A stretch of 64,000 nt of DNA from Asterias rubens (Eukaryota): NCBI RefSeq assembly GCF_902459465.1, contig NC_047062.1:7254001-7318000 (forward strand), written 5' to 3'. A program made the translations under genes and the position numbers. The stretch's first letter is position 1. Every line of letters starts with the position of its first letter. Positions 21,547 through 32,210 of this stretch are shown here, in pieces. The notes beneath the pieces were generated by a model that saw only the letters and a list, made by a program, of their open reading frames with translations, searched no databases and had not been told where the DNA came from.

Positions 21547-24319
21547 CTCCATTCATCATAGATGAGGAGCTCTTTGCCCTGAAGCTCCCACCCCTGGTTT
21601 TCTTGGCGAGTCCGCTGCCGTTGCCAGTGTCCTTGGCGCTGCTGACGTAGTGCTCATAGCGTAGAAGCATCTCATTATCGCTGTCTGATGAGGAATCATC
21701 TTCATCATAACCATAACTCTCACCTGTGGAAATGGGGTTAATTTTAAGAGAGGAAATTAGCATTTAAAAATTGTTGAATATGTATTTTAAGACATATTTA
21801 AAGGAACACGTTGCCTTGGATCGATCGAGTTGGTCCTTGAAAAGCGTTCTGCAACGTTTGTTATAAAATCGATATGGTTAGAAAGATGTTGTAAAAGTAA
21901 AATACAATGATCTACACAAATACGCCTGGCAATTGCTTAGTTTTCGTTTTACCTCGTCGACTAACACAGTCGGCCATTTATGGGAGTCAAACATTTGACT
22001 TCCATAAATGGCCGACCGTGTTAGTTCGCGTTGAAAATGAAAACCGTGCAATTTGGAGTAATACTTGTGTGGATCATTATATTCTACTTTTGAAGGCAGT
22101 GGACACTATTGGAAAATCCTCAAAATAATTATTAGCATAAAACCTCACTTGGTAACGACTAATGGGGAGAGGTTGATAGTAAAAAACATTGTGAGAAACG
22201 GCTTCCTCTGAAGTAATGTAGTTTTCGAGAAAGAAGTAATTTTCCATGAATTTTAGGTCTCGTAATCGAGCATCTGAAAGCACACAACTTCGTGTGACAA
22301 GGATGTTTTTTTTCTTTTATTATTATCTCGCAACTTCGACGACCGATTAAGCTCAAATTTTCACAGCTTTGTTATTTCATGCATATGTTGAGATACCGCA
22401 ACTGTGAAGAGTAGTCTTTGACAATAACCAATAATGTCCACTGTCTTTAAAACATCTTTCTAACCATATTCATTTCACATCAAAGGGTTTCAAGCGTTTT
22501 TCATAGACCAAATCGTCTGATCCAAGGCAATGTGTTCCTTTAACGTGATCTTGAAGTCTTTGCATCTGGCCAAGTGACCAACAAATTTTGCACATTTTCT
22601 CCCAAAGGTTTGACAGATAATGCCATTTAGAAAGTGAAAGAGAGGAGTGAAAAACGCTAAAAAATAGCGTGTACATTTAGCTAACTAATACTATAATCTT
22701 TGACGGATTACTTTGTTCACTGCCCTAAAATGAAAGTTTACAACTGCCTCGGCTAAACAAAATTAGCTCTCTAATATACATCCCCCCTCCCAACAATGTG
22801 GCAAAAATTAAGTGAAGCACCTTACAGAATGACAATTTAACATGTAAAGTCATCCCTTTGTCCAAGTTACAAGTAGATATCAAATTATCATTTCAATAGA
22901 GGGCGGTAAACAAAGAGCACATAGACCTTTTCGCAAATACTGGGGCGCGCGCGTAATACTGGTGCATTGTGGTCTAGCTGGTATCCAAATTTGATTCATA
23001 TCTATCCCACAATGCACCTCATTCAACAGTCTGCGCTTGCGCATTGGTATTTGCGATAAGGTCTATGATCTATACATCTAGAATTTGGTTATTTATCAGT
23101 CTTGTTCACAAGCTACCCAGAAACACCTGTTGCACAAAATGGGAAAAAGAGCTTGTTTTTTACAGGTCTTCAAATTTTTGTTTTTTTATTCTAGGTTACT
23201 TAAAGGCAGTGGACACCATTGGTAATTACTCAAAATAATTATTGGCATAAAACCTTACTTGGTAACAAGTAATGGGGAGAGGTTGGTAGTATAAAACATT
23301 GTGAGAAACGACTCCCTCTGAAGTGGAGTATTTTTCGAGAAAGAAGTAATTTTCCACGAATTTTATTTCGAGACCTCAGATCTAGAATTTTAGGTTTCGA
23401 AATCAAGCATCTGAAAACTTTGTATTACAAGGGTGTTTTTTCTTTCATTATTATCTCGCAACTTCGATGACCGATTGATCTCAAATTTTCACAGGTTGGT
23501 TGTGTTGTGCATATGTTGAGGTACAGCAAGTGAGAAGACTGGTCTTTGACAACTACCAATAGTGTCCACAGCCTTTAAACACTAAATGTTGAAGTGCCTC
23601 GAATGTCAATAAGTGACAGATATGAATGCTATAAGAAGGCACCTGTATCATTATGTACCACTTTCTAAAGGGATTGAGGTTAGGCATTGACATAACCAAG
23701 CAGCCATCTTAAGCCTGGTTTATACTTCCTGCGAATGTGAAACATAACTTGCATCAGTGGACTTGTGCTCAACTCCTGCAAAACATTTGCTGTGAAAACA
23801 GACCTGTGACATCAACATGCATATGGCATTAGCATTTGCAGGAAGTATGAGTCGGGCTTGAGAGCTCTAAACAATAAAAACACACAGCTATTTATGCGTG
23901 GCGCAGAGGTTGGGCCAATGACCAACCTTCTTTTGACCTCTAGTCCGAGGGCGCCCTACTTAAATGATATCATTTGCAAATAGACCTTTTCGCAAATACC
24001 CATTGCGTAAGCACTAACTGTTGAATGAGGTGCATGCTGGTCTAGCAAGCGATCAAACTTGATCAGAACACTATGCACCTGATTCCATGCCTGAGTATTT
24101 GCGATAAGGTCTATGGCGCAAAAGCTTTAGGACCGTTGCCCTCAAACCTACCCAGCTGGGACTTCTTCTTATCTTTCTTTGATTCCTTCTTCTCCTCGAA
24201 GCAATCGCAGCCTCCACAGTTGACGAAGCAGGCCATCTTGTTGAGGTACATGCAGAAGAGAAGCAGCACCACCAGCATCCCAGCGATGACGGAGATGAAA
24301 ACGATGGCCGCTAACGGGA
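21547..24319 (-). CDS. SYT14: Synaptotagmin-14-like N-terminal exons (TM exon 24152-24319; acidic exon 21547-21723); first exon unresolved, C2-domain exons not in window
   Basis: Spliced frame xPLAAIVFISVIAGMLVVLLLFCMYLNKMACFVNCGGCDCFEEKKESKKDKKKSQL-GESYGYDEDDSSSDSDNEMLLRYEHYVSS... resembles recalled SYT14 (LLLFLYINKKFCFENVGG; SSSESEDEALGKY). Canonical ag/gt sites; both exons are phase 1-1 (168 and 177 nt). Confidence 0.6.
21802..22539. mobile_element. MITE family B (TTAA|AGGAACACGTTGCCTTGG TIR) carrying a nested family A copy
   Basis: TIRs at 21802 and 22539 with TTAA flanks; an uninterrupted copy lies at 50012-50342. Confidence 0.85.
22094..22446. mobile_element. MITE family A copy (reverse orientation) nested in family B
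   Basis: TGAA|AGGCAGTGGACACTATTGG ... AATGTCCACTGTCT|TTAA. Confidence 0.85.
22920..23067. mobile_element. MITE family E copy
   Basis: CATAGACCTTTTCGCAAATAC ... GTATTTGCGATAAGGTCTATG. Confidence 0.75.
23204..23574. mobile_element. MITE family A copy (reverse orientation)
   Basis: TTAA|AGGCAGTGGACACCATTGG ... CCAATAGTGTCCACAGCCT|TTAA. Confidence 0.85.
23980..24115. mobile_element. MITE family E copy
   Basis: ATAGACCTTTTCGCAAATAC ... GTATTTGCGATAAGGTCTATG. Confidence 0.75.
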
Positions 24320-25996
24320 CTAGTCAAAAGACAAAATATAGTAGTGGGGTCAGACAACTGGGCTTGGAAAACCATGAAAATATTCGCGGCTGTGTTCAAG
24401 AAACAAATTGGGCTATGAAAGGAGGCACTTGTTAACATTAAATGATTTTAAGCAGTATGGTAGAGGGTGATTTGTGTGAGGGAGGATAAGATTTGGTGGG
24501 GTGTGAAAGGTGTGGTCAGGGAAAACCTGACAGAATGTCTAGGGCTGGGTCTGGACAAAACAGCAAGACAACAATGTCAAATAGAATTTGAGGATAATGT
24601 TCCAGAAACAACTGCAGATTTTTGTGTGTGTGGTGATGTTCGAGAGCTTTCAAATGCATAAAGCTATTGCACAGCAAATAATTAGTGATTTAATTTAATT
24701 GCCCCTTTGTGCTCCGAGAGGGCATTGTTAAATTTAGTTATCCAAGAATGAGTTGATGGATATATTCACTAACTCATGCTGCCAATGTTCGGGAATTCTA
24801 CTCAGTACACTGAATGCAAAGTTTATTTCAAATTAATAAATTAGTATGTTAGGCATTGAAGGTTGTATTACTCACGTTCACAGCATGAAATATTCACAAG
24901 TGTCAGATATTAGATGAAGGTGAATTAATGAAAACATATTTTCATTGGAAATTTGTTATTGTGCAGTATTATCCAAAGTTAATTGGGTGCTGTTTTGCTG
25001 AGATCAAGTTCAGCTTGAAAACTTTACAAAGGTTCACATCTTCCAAATAATGATTATGAAAACAAGTGCAGGTAATACAACTGCAGACATTTTTCGAAGA
25101 GCAACCCAAAAATTATAAGGAGTTATGCTATTTGCAAATAGGTAGAAACAAGTGGCAAAGTAACATTTTTTCCTCCATACCAAATGACCAAAATGATTTT
25201 TAAAAACCGCCCAGTTATATGTAATAGGACTGCAGAAATTTTGCGGAGTGCAAAACAAAAGTTATAAGGAGTTATGCTACTGCCCAATAGAAAGAAACAA
25301 GTAGCAAAGTAATAATTTTTTTCTCAACATATTCTCAAGACCAAAATTATTTGTTTCTGTACACATTTGGTATCAAGCACTTAAATAAAAATAATAATAA
25401 TGAGGTTAGCAATTCTTTTGTTAGTGTGTACCTTTATAATTGTTTTAAAAACGCAGACAAGACCACGCCAGAGATACGAAACACCACGCCACACCATACT
25501 TACTGCTGTATTCTACATACAGGTGTGAACACAATCCAAAGCAAACCAAAATTAAAAGTGATGACAATAAAGAGAGTTAAACTAAATTGATTGGTAGCAG
25601 GTGTCATGCAGATAGATAGGATGCCCAGTACAGACACGCACAATTGCACAAGCCACATGGAACAAGGGCCCTCCGCAGATGCAGAAACGGATACTTACAA
25701 CATCACAGTAATGACACTACGTATAATATACACATAAACAACCTGTCACTAACATCACAAGCATTATAAATGTTCACATATTATGTTAACATCCATGACA
25801 ATTTATGGTCCTTTTTTTGTCCCTGTACTTTTACTCCTCAAATATACTTTGTTTAAAATTCCTTTAATCCTTGTGGAGCACCCATTTTTTTAAGAATTCC
25901 TCTATGGAGACATTTTTTTTTCCTTTTCTGTTTTTTCCTCAGACACAGTAAGTTACAGAGTATTAAAACAAGCTATGTCAAGTACATGTGTATTTA

Positions 25997-26138
25997 CAGG
26001 CAAATTCTCAATTGCTGAATTCGGCGTTGACTCTCCACTAACACAATAGTGTAAAATGTACTTCAGGTAAATTCTCAATTGCTGAATTCGGCGTTGACTC
26101 TCCACTAACACAATAATGTAAAATGTACTTCAGGTAAA
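25997..26138. repeat. Near-perfect 67-bp tandem duplication
   Basis: CAGG(C/T)AAATTCTCAATTGCTGAATTCGGCGTTGACTCTCCACTAACACAATA(G/A)TGTAAAATGTACTT twice; CAGG recurs at 25997, 26064 and 26131. Confidence 0.9.
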
Positions 26139-27827
26139 AGACTAATGGCACAGGGCTGTACAGGAGCGTATTGATATAAATCTATGAGGGGACATACACA
26201 TGAAATTAGAGAACACTGAAAGCTATTATCTTCATCCATGACAATCATACAAGAATGACCAAAGCAACTACACAACACAACACAGTCTATCAATCATGAA
26301 CATGTAAGTAGCTAAACAAAACCATGTATGGCCACTAAAACATGTAATTTGACAATTAACATCAACACTAACACCACTGGTATAGTAAAAGTGTTGTTGA
26401 CATAATCAAGGACCATTTAAATGCAGTTAACATCAAGTTGTTAATTACTACATCCAAGGCTATTTGTGAAGGGTACAAAGGCCAACCAACTCTCAAGTCA
26501 AACAGTCAGCAAGAGACAAATTGTGAGCAAACATATCTTGAACATGGCCATGTAAACTACAACCCCTCAGCAAGTGAAGGTTCTGTGAAACAATTACTGT
26601 AAAGGAATGTCTTCTGAAATACAACCTCCCCGTACACGTTTTTTTTCCCCGCAATTTTTTTTTGTCTGGTGTCATCAATATTTGTTCCCCATAACTGCTC
26701 TTGATTATGTAAATAATGCCATCTCAGTCCTTCAGTGGTGATAAACAAGGCAGTAAAAATTGCATTATTGGCATGTACTAGAAGACATCCATGACGCATC
26801 GCTCATGCGTGACATATTACAGGCAGCTACTAGTCAGTTTTTTCTGCAATTATAATTTTTTATTACGATGGAAACTTAACTCTCTTTTGCTTGCATGATG
26901 CCACTTGCATTTTGCCACAGACTTCTGTCAGTTTTGTGTAATTTTATCCAGTGGACATCTGAAGTTTCCAATAATTATAAAAACAAGTCTGCAGGATTGT
27001 GACTTATCCATTGTCGTATTCATTATGTGCTTGAAAAAAAAATGAAAATTTCATGAAGATTTTCATTTGTGCGCGACAGCTGATGCTCTGATAATTCCAA
27101 TAGCACAAGGGATTAACATTTGAAATATATTGCGGCATCAAACTGCTGGCAACCCTTCCATTATTATGCATTATTTTTAATAATAATTGCTAGTGCGCAG
27201 TATGTACATAAACAAACGGTCTTTAGTACAAACAACTAATTTCAACCTTAGCTGTTTGCATATAAATTCATTCAAATTTAAACTTTCTTGCCATACTGTA
27301 TATTTTGTTGGTCAGTTTTATTTGCAAATTACAAGTAAGGGTTTTAACAAATTTGTGTCAGATAAAGTGTAGGCCCTTATTTAGGGGCCTACTCTTGTTA
27401 AGGGCCTTCTCTTTTTACGCCAAATTTTTCTGAAATGGATGATGGATGGCATAATTTAGAGCTACCTTTAGAGCTACCGAGCGCTCTGAAATTCCAGCAT
27501 ACCAAGGCAGGTTTTGCGATTCATGGTTAACGCATACTCATATATTCTCCCAAAGGGAGCAAATCACAATGCTTATTATGAGAAACTGTCTTTCCTTTGG
27601 AAGTCAGGGTTTCATTTTTGAAAACAATATATTTGGAAGGAAATTATTACTCCAGGAGCTCGAAAAGTTTCTGAAAAATAATAACACTAAGATAAAATGA
27701 TAAAACCTACAGTGTTTCCAAAACTCATGGAGGACGGATTTTGTCTATAGTCGTTTTCCGAAACCATGACTTAGGCTTTTGACACTGGCTCCAGCTTAGG
27801 CAACGTCCTCCTGTACTGAAAGTATAC

Positions 27828-28195
27828 TGTGACCCACTCTGTGAAAATGAGTCACATGACGCCCAATGCAATATTAAGTTATGGACAGTTTAATGTGGAA
27901 AATGTATTAAAAAAATTTTTTAAAAAAGCTATGAATACAACAATTTTGTGATCGAACTTATGTCTAATTTGTATCCTTTTACACACAATGGTAGTTTAAA
28001 ATATCACTTGTAATTCGTTTTTCACAAAAAATGGTGTAGTGGCTTATTTCAAACGGAAGTAACTCAGCAACACGATACACCCCAAAGCTTAGACACATAC
28101 CAAATTACTGCTGCTGATGTGTTCTTTCCAGCCATGCATATAACTCAATTCCTGAAATTGCCTACATCTGACTCATTTTCACAGAGCGGGTCACA
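27828..28195. mobile_element. MITE with 27-bp TIR
   Basis: TGTGACCCACTCTGTGAAAATGAGTCA / TGACTCATTTTCACAGAGCGGGTCACA (1 mismatch). Confidence 0.75.
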
Positions 28196-28628
28196 TTTGT
28201 ACATTTTCAGAATTACTGACATAGTCCAAGCCATAGCCTAAGCCATAGCCTAAGCCACAGCCTACACCAAATCAGTGATTTCATTAACGGTCAATGTTGG
28301 ATGATGGAACTCCCTTATAACATAACTCATTCATCAGTAATTTATCTACACATTGCAATACAACATTTGTACAACAGAAATCAACATCACATCAACTACA
28401 TTAAAACATTTTGGGCGGAGCGGGAAGTACATGCATGTCATGCAATAAATAGCACTACCACCAATAAGAGAAAATGTTTGTTTATTCACCACGGAAGAAT
28501 CCAAGAGAAAGATTGAACTCCTGTTAAGAAGAAGAAGAAGAAGTATACCAAGATGTGAGAGAGAAATATAAGCAACTGAAAACAAGGATATTCTTAAGAG
28601 TAAACCACCAAACTATATTGAAATTTCA

Positions 28629-29006
28629 AGACAGCGGACACTATTGGTAATTGTCAAAGACCAGTCTTCTCACTTGCTGTATCTCAACATATGCATAAAA
28701 TAACAAGCCTGTGAAAATTTGAGCTCAATCGGTCATCGAAGTTGCGAGATAATAATGAAAGAAAAAACACCCTTGTCACACGAAGTTGTGTGCTTTCAGA
28801 TGCTTGATTTCGAGACCTCAAATTCTTAATCCAAGGTCTCGAAATCAAATTCGTGGAAAATTACTTCTTTTTTGAAAACTACGTCACTTCAGAGGGAGCC
28901 GTTTCTCACAATGTTTTAAACCATCAACCTCTCCCCATTACTCAATACCAAGTAAGATTTTAGGCTAACAATTATTTTGAGTAATTACCAATAGTGTTCA
29001 CTGCCT
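28629..29006. mobile_element. MITE family A copy
   Basis: AGACAGCGGACACTATTGG ... CCAATAGTGTTCACTGCCT|TTAA. Confidence 0.85.
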
Positions 29007-30357
29007 TTAACATACTTGGCCTTTCCTATGCTGGTATATTTATCTTTTACCATTTGAATTTAATTTGTTCACTTCAAATAACTTGTTCTGATTTGGAAGC
29101 TAAGGATTCTCAGAAAAGCGAACTTAATCACTATACAAGCCAAGAACCCAAACAGAGAAGGAAGTTGCAGTATTTGATGTGGAAGGAAAACCCCGAAAAT
29201 AGTCTTACGCTATCCTCTGTTTAGGTTTTCTTCCAGCTACATCTATATTTGTGTAGACTGATCATGATTTTTTTTTTTTTGTGTGTGTTTAGTTTCGCCT
29301 GTAACGACATGTTGGAGTCATGATACATGATATTTTACTTACAGTATTTCTTAACAATTAGAAATTCTAGCACACCAACTAGTACATTAAACCAGTTTTT
29401 ATTCATGAATGTTTTCATGCAAATAAAATTTGAAAGGGAAATAGAAGTATGATTAAATGTTCAGTGATTGCTTATAATTTAGCTTTTTTTTGCTTCTTTT
29501 TTCCTCACTCACACTTGTATGTCTTTCAGGGACAGATAACTCTTGATATTTTAGCAAAAACTAAAGGATTTATGAGGACTATATTTCTTTGAAAAGGTGT
29601 GAACCTCACAGATACTGTTGATCAGGGTATAGACAAAAATAAAATGAGGCTTCCAAAAACGTCAATTAAAGAGCCTAAATGCATTGATACCATACAGCTG
29701 CAATCTTATAAACACACCAATGCAATGATGGCAAATTTACATATTTGTGGCCCTCAGGATGGGCCAAAGAGCAATCTTCTTGAGATTTGTCAGTGTTTTT
29801 AATTTAATTTACCACAAAATAGCATATTTGACGTGTTTGTTTGATGAGCTGAGGTCAGGGAGGGCGCATCTCTCTGATGCCAGTTTTGATGACCAGTGCC
29901 ATTATCCAAAGTTACAAAATTTAAAATCTTTAAACAAACAAGCACATTCATCCATCAGACTGTTTATTTTCTACTTTGAAAACTATGATTTTGTGTGAGT
30001 TGGTGGGAGTGTCTTATTTAACTGTAGTGTATGGCACTCTGATTGTGAAACGACTGAATCTACCCTAGTGACAATAATCACATTCTTTGATGATGTACTA
30101 TGATGCACTCATGCAAAGAAGTTTCTTTTGCCTTTCCATACAGTGTGCCATGGCGGGCAGGCCCAGTGCAAGATATAGTGGTACAGCAAATTGACAATTT
30201 GTTGGAGTACTGTGTTACATAAAGCTACATAGTCAAAGCTACATGAGACTCAATACAGCATACAGGAGTCAATTTTATAGAACTCCTTAATGATAAGCAA
30301 TCGTTATACCATAGAGAAAGGACAACTATGTGCTTGTGCCAGCATTTTTCACAGGTT

Positions 30358-30701
30358 AGGCTTTAATAAAATGTTATGTTGGCGTAGCCCGACCTACGCT
30401 ACCCTAAAAATACGGCTGACCTTGGATATTTTTATTTGTTCAAGAGAAGAAATTTAATGATTAAAATCTATTAAAGACATACAAATAAAATAAATGTCAT
30501 CAAGAGTTTAAAAATATACTATTTTTTGTGTGTAGCCTTGTTTACTTTTGTTACCGTGTATACTACCGGCTTTAAACAATAAGAAAACATGTCAATTTCG
30601 TTGCTGGGATGGGGGTAAAAATAAAATTAAAAAATCCCTTCCCACCTACCCTATTTTTTGGGGCCCGTTACGCCAACATAACATATCTTTTTTTATGCCT
30701 T
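30358..30701. mobile_element. MITE with ATGTTATGTTGGCGTA inverted arms
   Basis: ATGTTATGTTGGCGTA (30371-30386) / TACGCCAACATAACAT (30669-30684). Confidence 0.6.
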
Positions 30702-30812
30702 GTCGAGAAACTTAGTTGACCAGCTTGCACATTTACCATGGATTTGCATTAGAGTAAGCATCGACAAGGTTAGCAGGCAAAAGTTAGCAAAGTTTCAGAT
30801 CCTTTCTCCCAC

Positions 30813-31103
30813 TGTAATAGCCCTGTTTAGTGACAGCTTGATGAAATAGTTAAAATTCAAATCAACACGTTCATGGTCATGCAAGGTTATTTTTACCTCC
30901 GTCCACAGTTGAATAAAGTTCTATGAAGTGTGACACTTGTTTGCTTAAAATCCTTTAAAAAGATTTTCCTTTCTGGTAATACATTTGTTATAGCCCTGTT
31001 TAGCGACAGTCTGATAAAATGGTTCAAATTGAAATCAACACGTTCATGCGTAGTTATGGTTGATCGAAGTTCTATGAATTGTAACACTTGTTTGCTTGAA
31101 ATT
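30813..31103. repeat. Diverged tandem duplication (period about 173 bp)
   Basis: 30813-30875 vs 30986-31048 differ at 8 of 63 positions; a second shared block AAGTTCTATGAA.TGT.ACACTTGTTTGCTT follows each copy. Confidence 0.7.
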
Positions 31104-31118
31104 TTGCAGTTTGCTTTC

Positions 31119-31279
31119 TCGATTTCACAAAACTCTTCCTAACTTAAGACTAATCTTAGGACTTAGGACGAGTCCCAACTCTGCTCTGTAGCATGCAGAC
31201 CTTAAGATTAATCCTAAGTTAGGACGAGTTACTCGTCCTAACTCGAGATAAGACGAGTCCTAACTCTTTGTGAAATCGA
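31119..31279. mobile_element. MITE family D (ATTTCACAAA / TTTGTGAAAT ends, internal CCTAA/TTAGG motifs)
   Basis: TCGATTTCACAAA ... TTTGTGAAATCGA; related copy at 55868-55993. Confidence 0.7.
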
Positions 31280-31833
31280 CGGCTGGTATAATAGCCTTTA
31301 GGCTATTCTTCATCAACATAAAAATTGTTTATAAATTGTTTTTATAAAATGCAGTCACTGATGACCTTTCGGGAACGGTAGAGCAATTCATGCAAGTGCC
31401 TCTTAAAATATTTACTTTTTAATTACAAACTGAATTACAAAATGTATTTATAACAAGAACAGGCAATTCGGCAAGTTTTCAATGCTATTTTTTAACACGC
31501 ATCTAAAATTACTTGAAACATGTGCCAGCTAATTTTACAATTAACTGAAGCTACATGCACATGTTACATTGGATGACTAACACCAGTTTGTTTTCATTGC
31601 TTGTGGTAAAATGTATTTTTAAGTCAACTACCATGCATCTTTTTTCTATATATACATGTAACGCGTTCTTACGGATTGCACTTCGTTACTCAAGACAGTT
31701 GAAAGGAAGACTAAAAACCTTTATTTGGTCTCAAATAAATCAAGTAAATTAACATGCATAATTTTTTTTTAATAATGAATTTTCGTGTTGTTGTACTGTG
31801 TTACATGTCTTTTTGACATTAATTGCAGATTTA

Positions 31834-32210
31834 AGGAACATTACAAAATTGTTGTTTTTTCTGCTAACAAATCAGTTGCTGTCAGTGTAAGCCATACTGT
31901 AATCCACCTATACATACATTACATTGTAAACTGACAAACCTGTAGAAGTTTGTAATTGATCGGCCATCTGGGTCACAAAAAAATCGTGAAAAGCTGATAA
32001 CACATTTCGCATGACAACGATATTACACTCACTGAGCAATAAACTCTTATCAAAACGGGAAATAAGTTTCATTAATTTCTCATCAAATATAACTTTTCAA
32101 ACAGAAATATTTTGAGGATGTTTTCTACTAGCATCATCATTAGAACATGTGAGTTTTATGTATCTGTGATCTACGACAAGTTTTTTTCTTACCAATTCTG
32201 TAAAGTTCCT
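31834..32210. mobile_element. TTAA-flanked MITE family C
   Basis: AGGAACATTACAAAATTG ... CAATTCTGTAAAGTTCCT|TTAA. Confidence 0.65.

Noticed and set aside
25497-25700. Two gtaagt donors (about 25502 and 25698) as the SYT14-like first coding exon
   Set aside because: ATG TT|gt gives phase 2, not the required phase 1, and the phase-1 frame at 25502 has no ATG before a stop; the first exon is left unresolved.
25997-26138. Direct repeats as a CRISPR array (also 63156-63237 and 36271-36410)
   Set aside because: Contiguous tandem copies without unique spacers, no cas genes, and a spliceosomal eukaryotic context.
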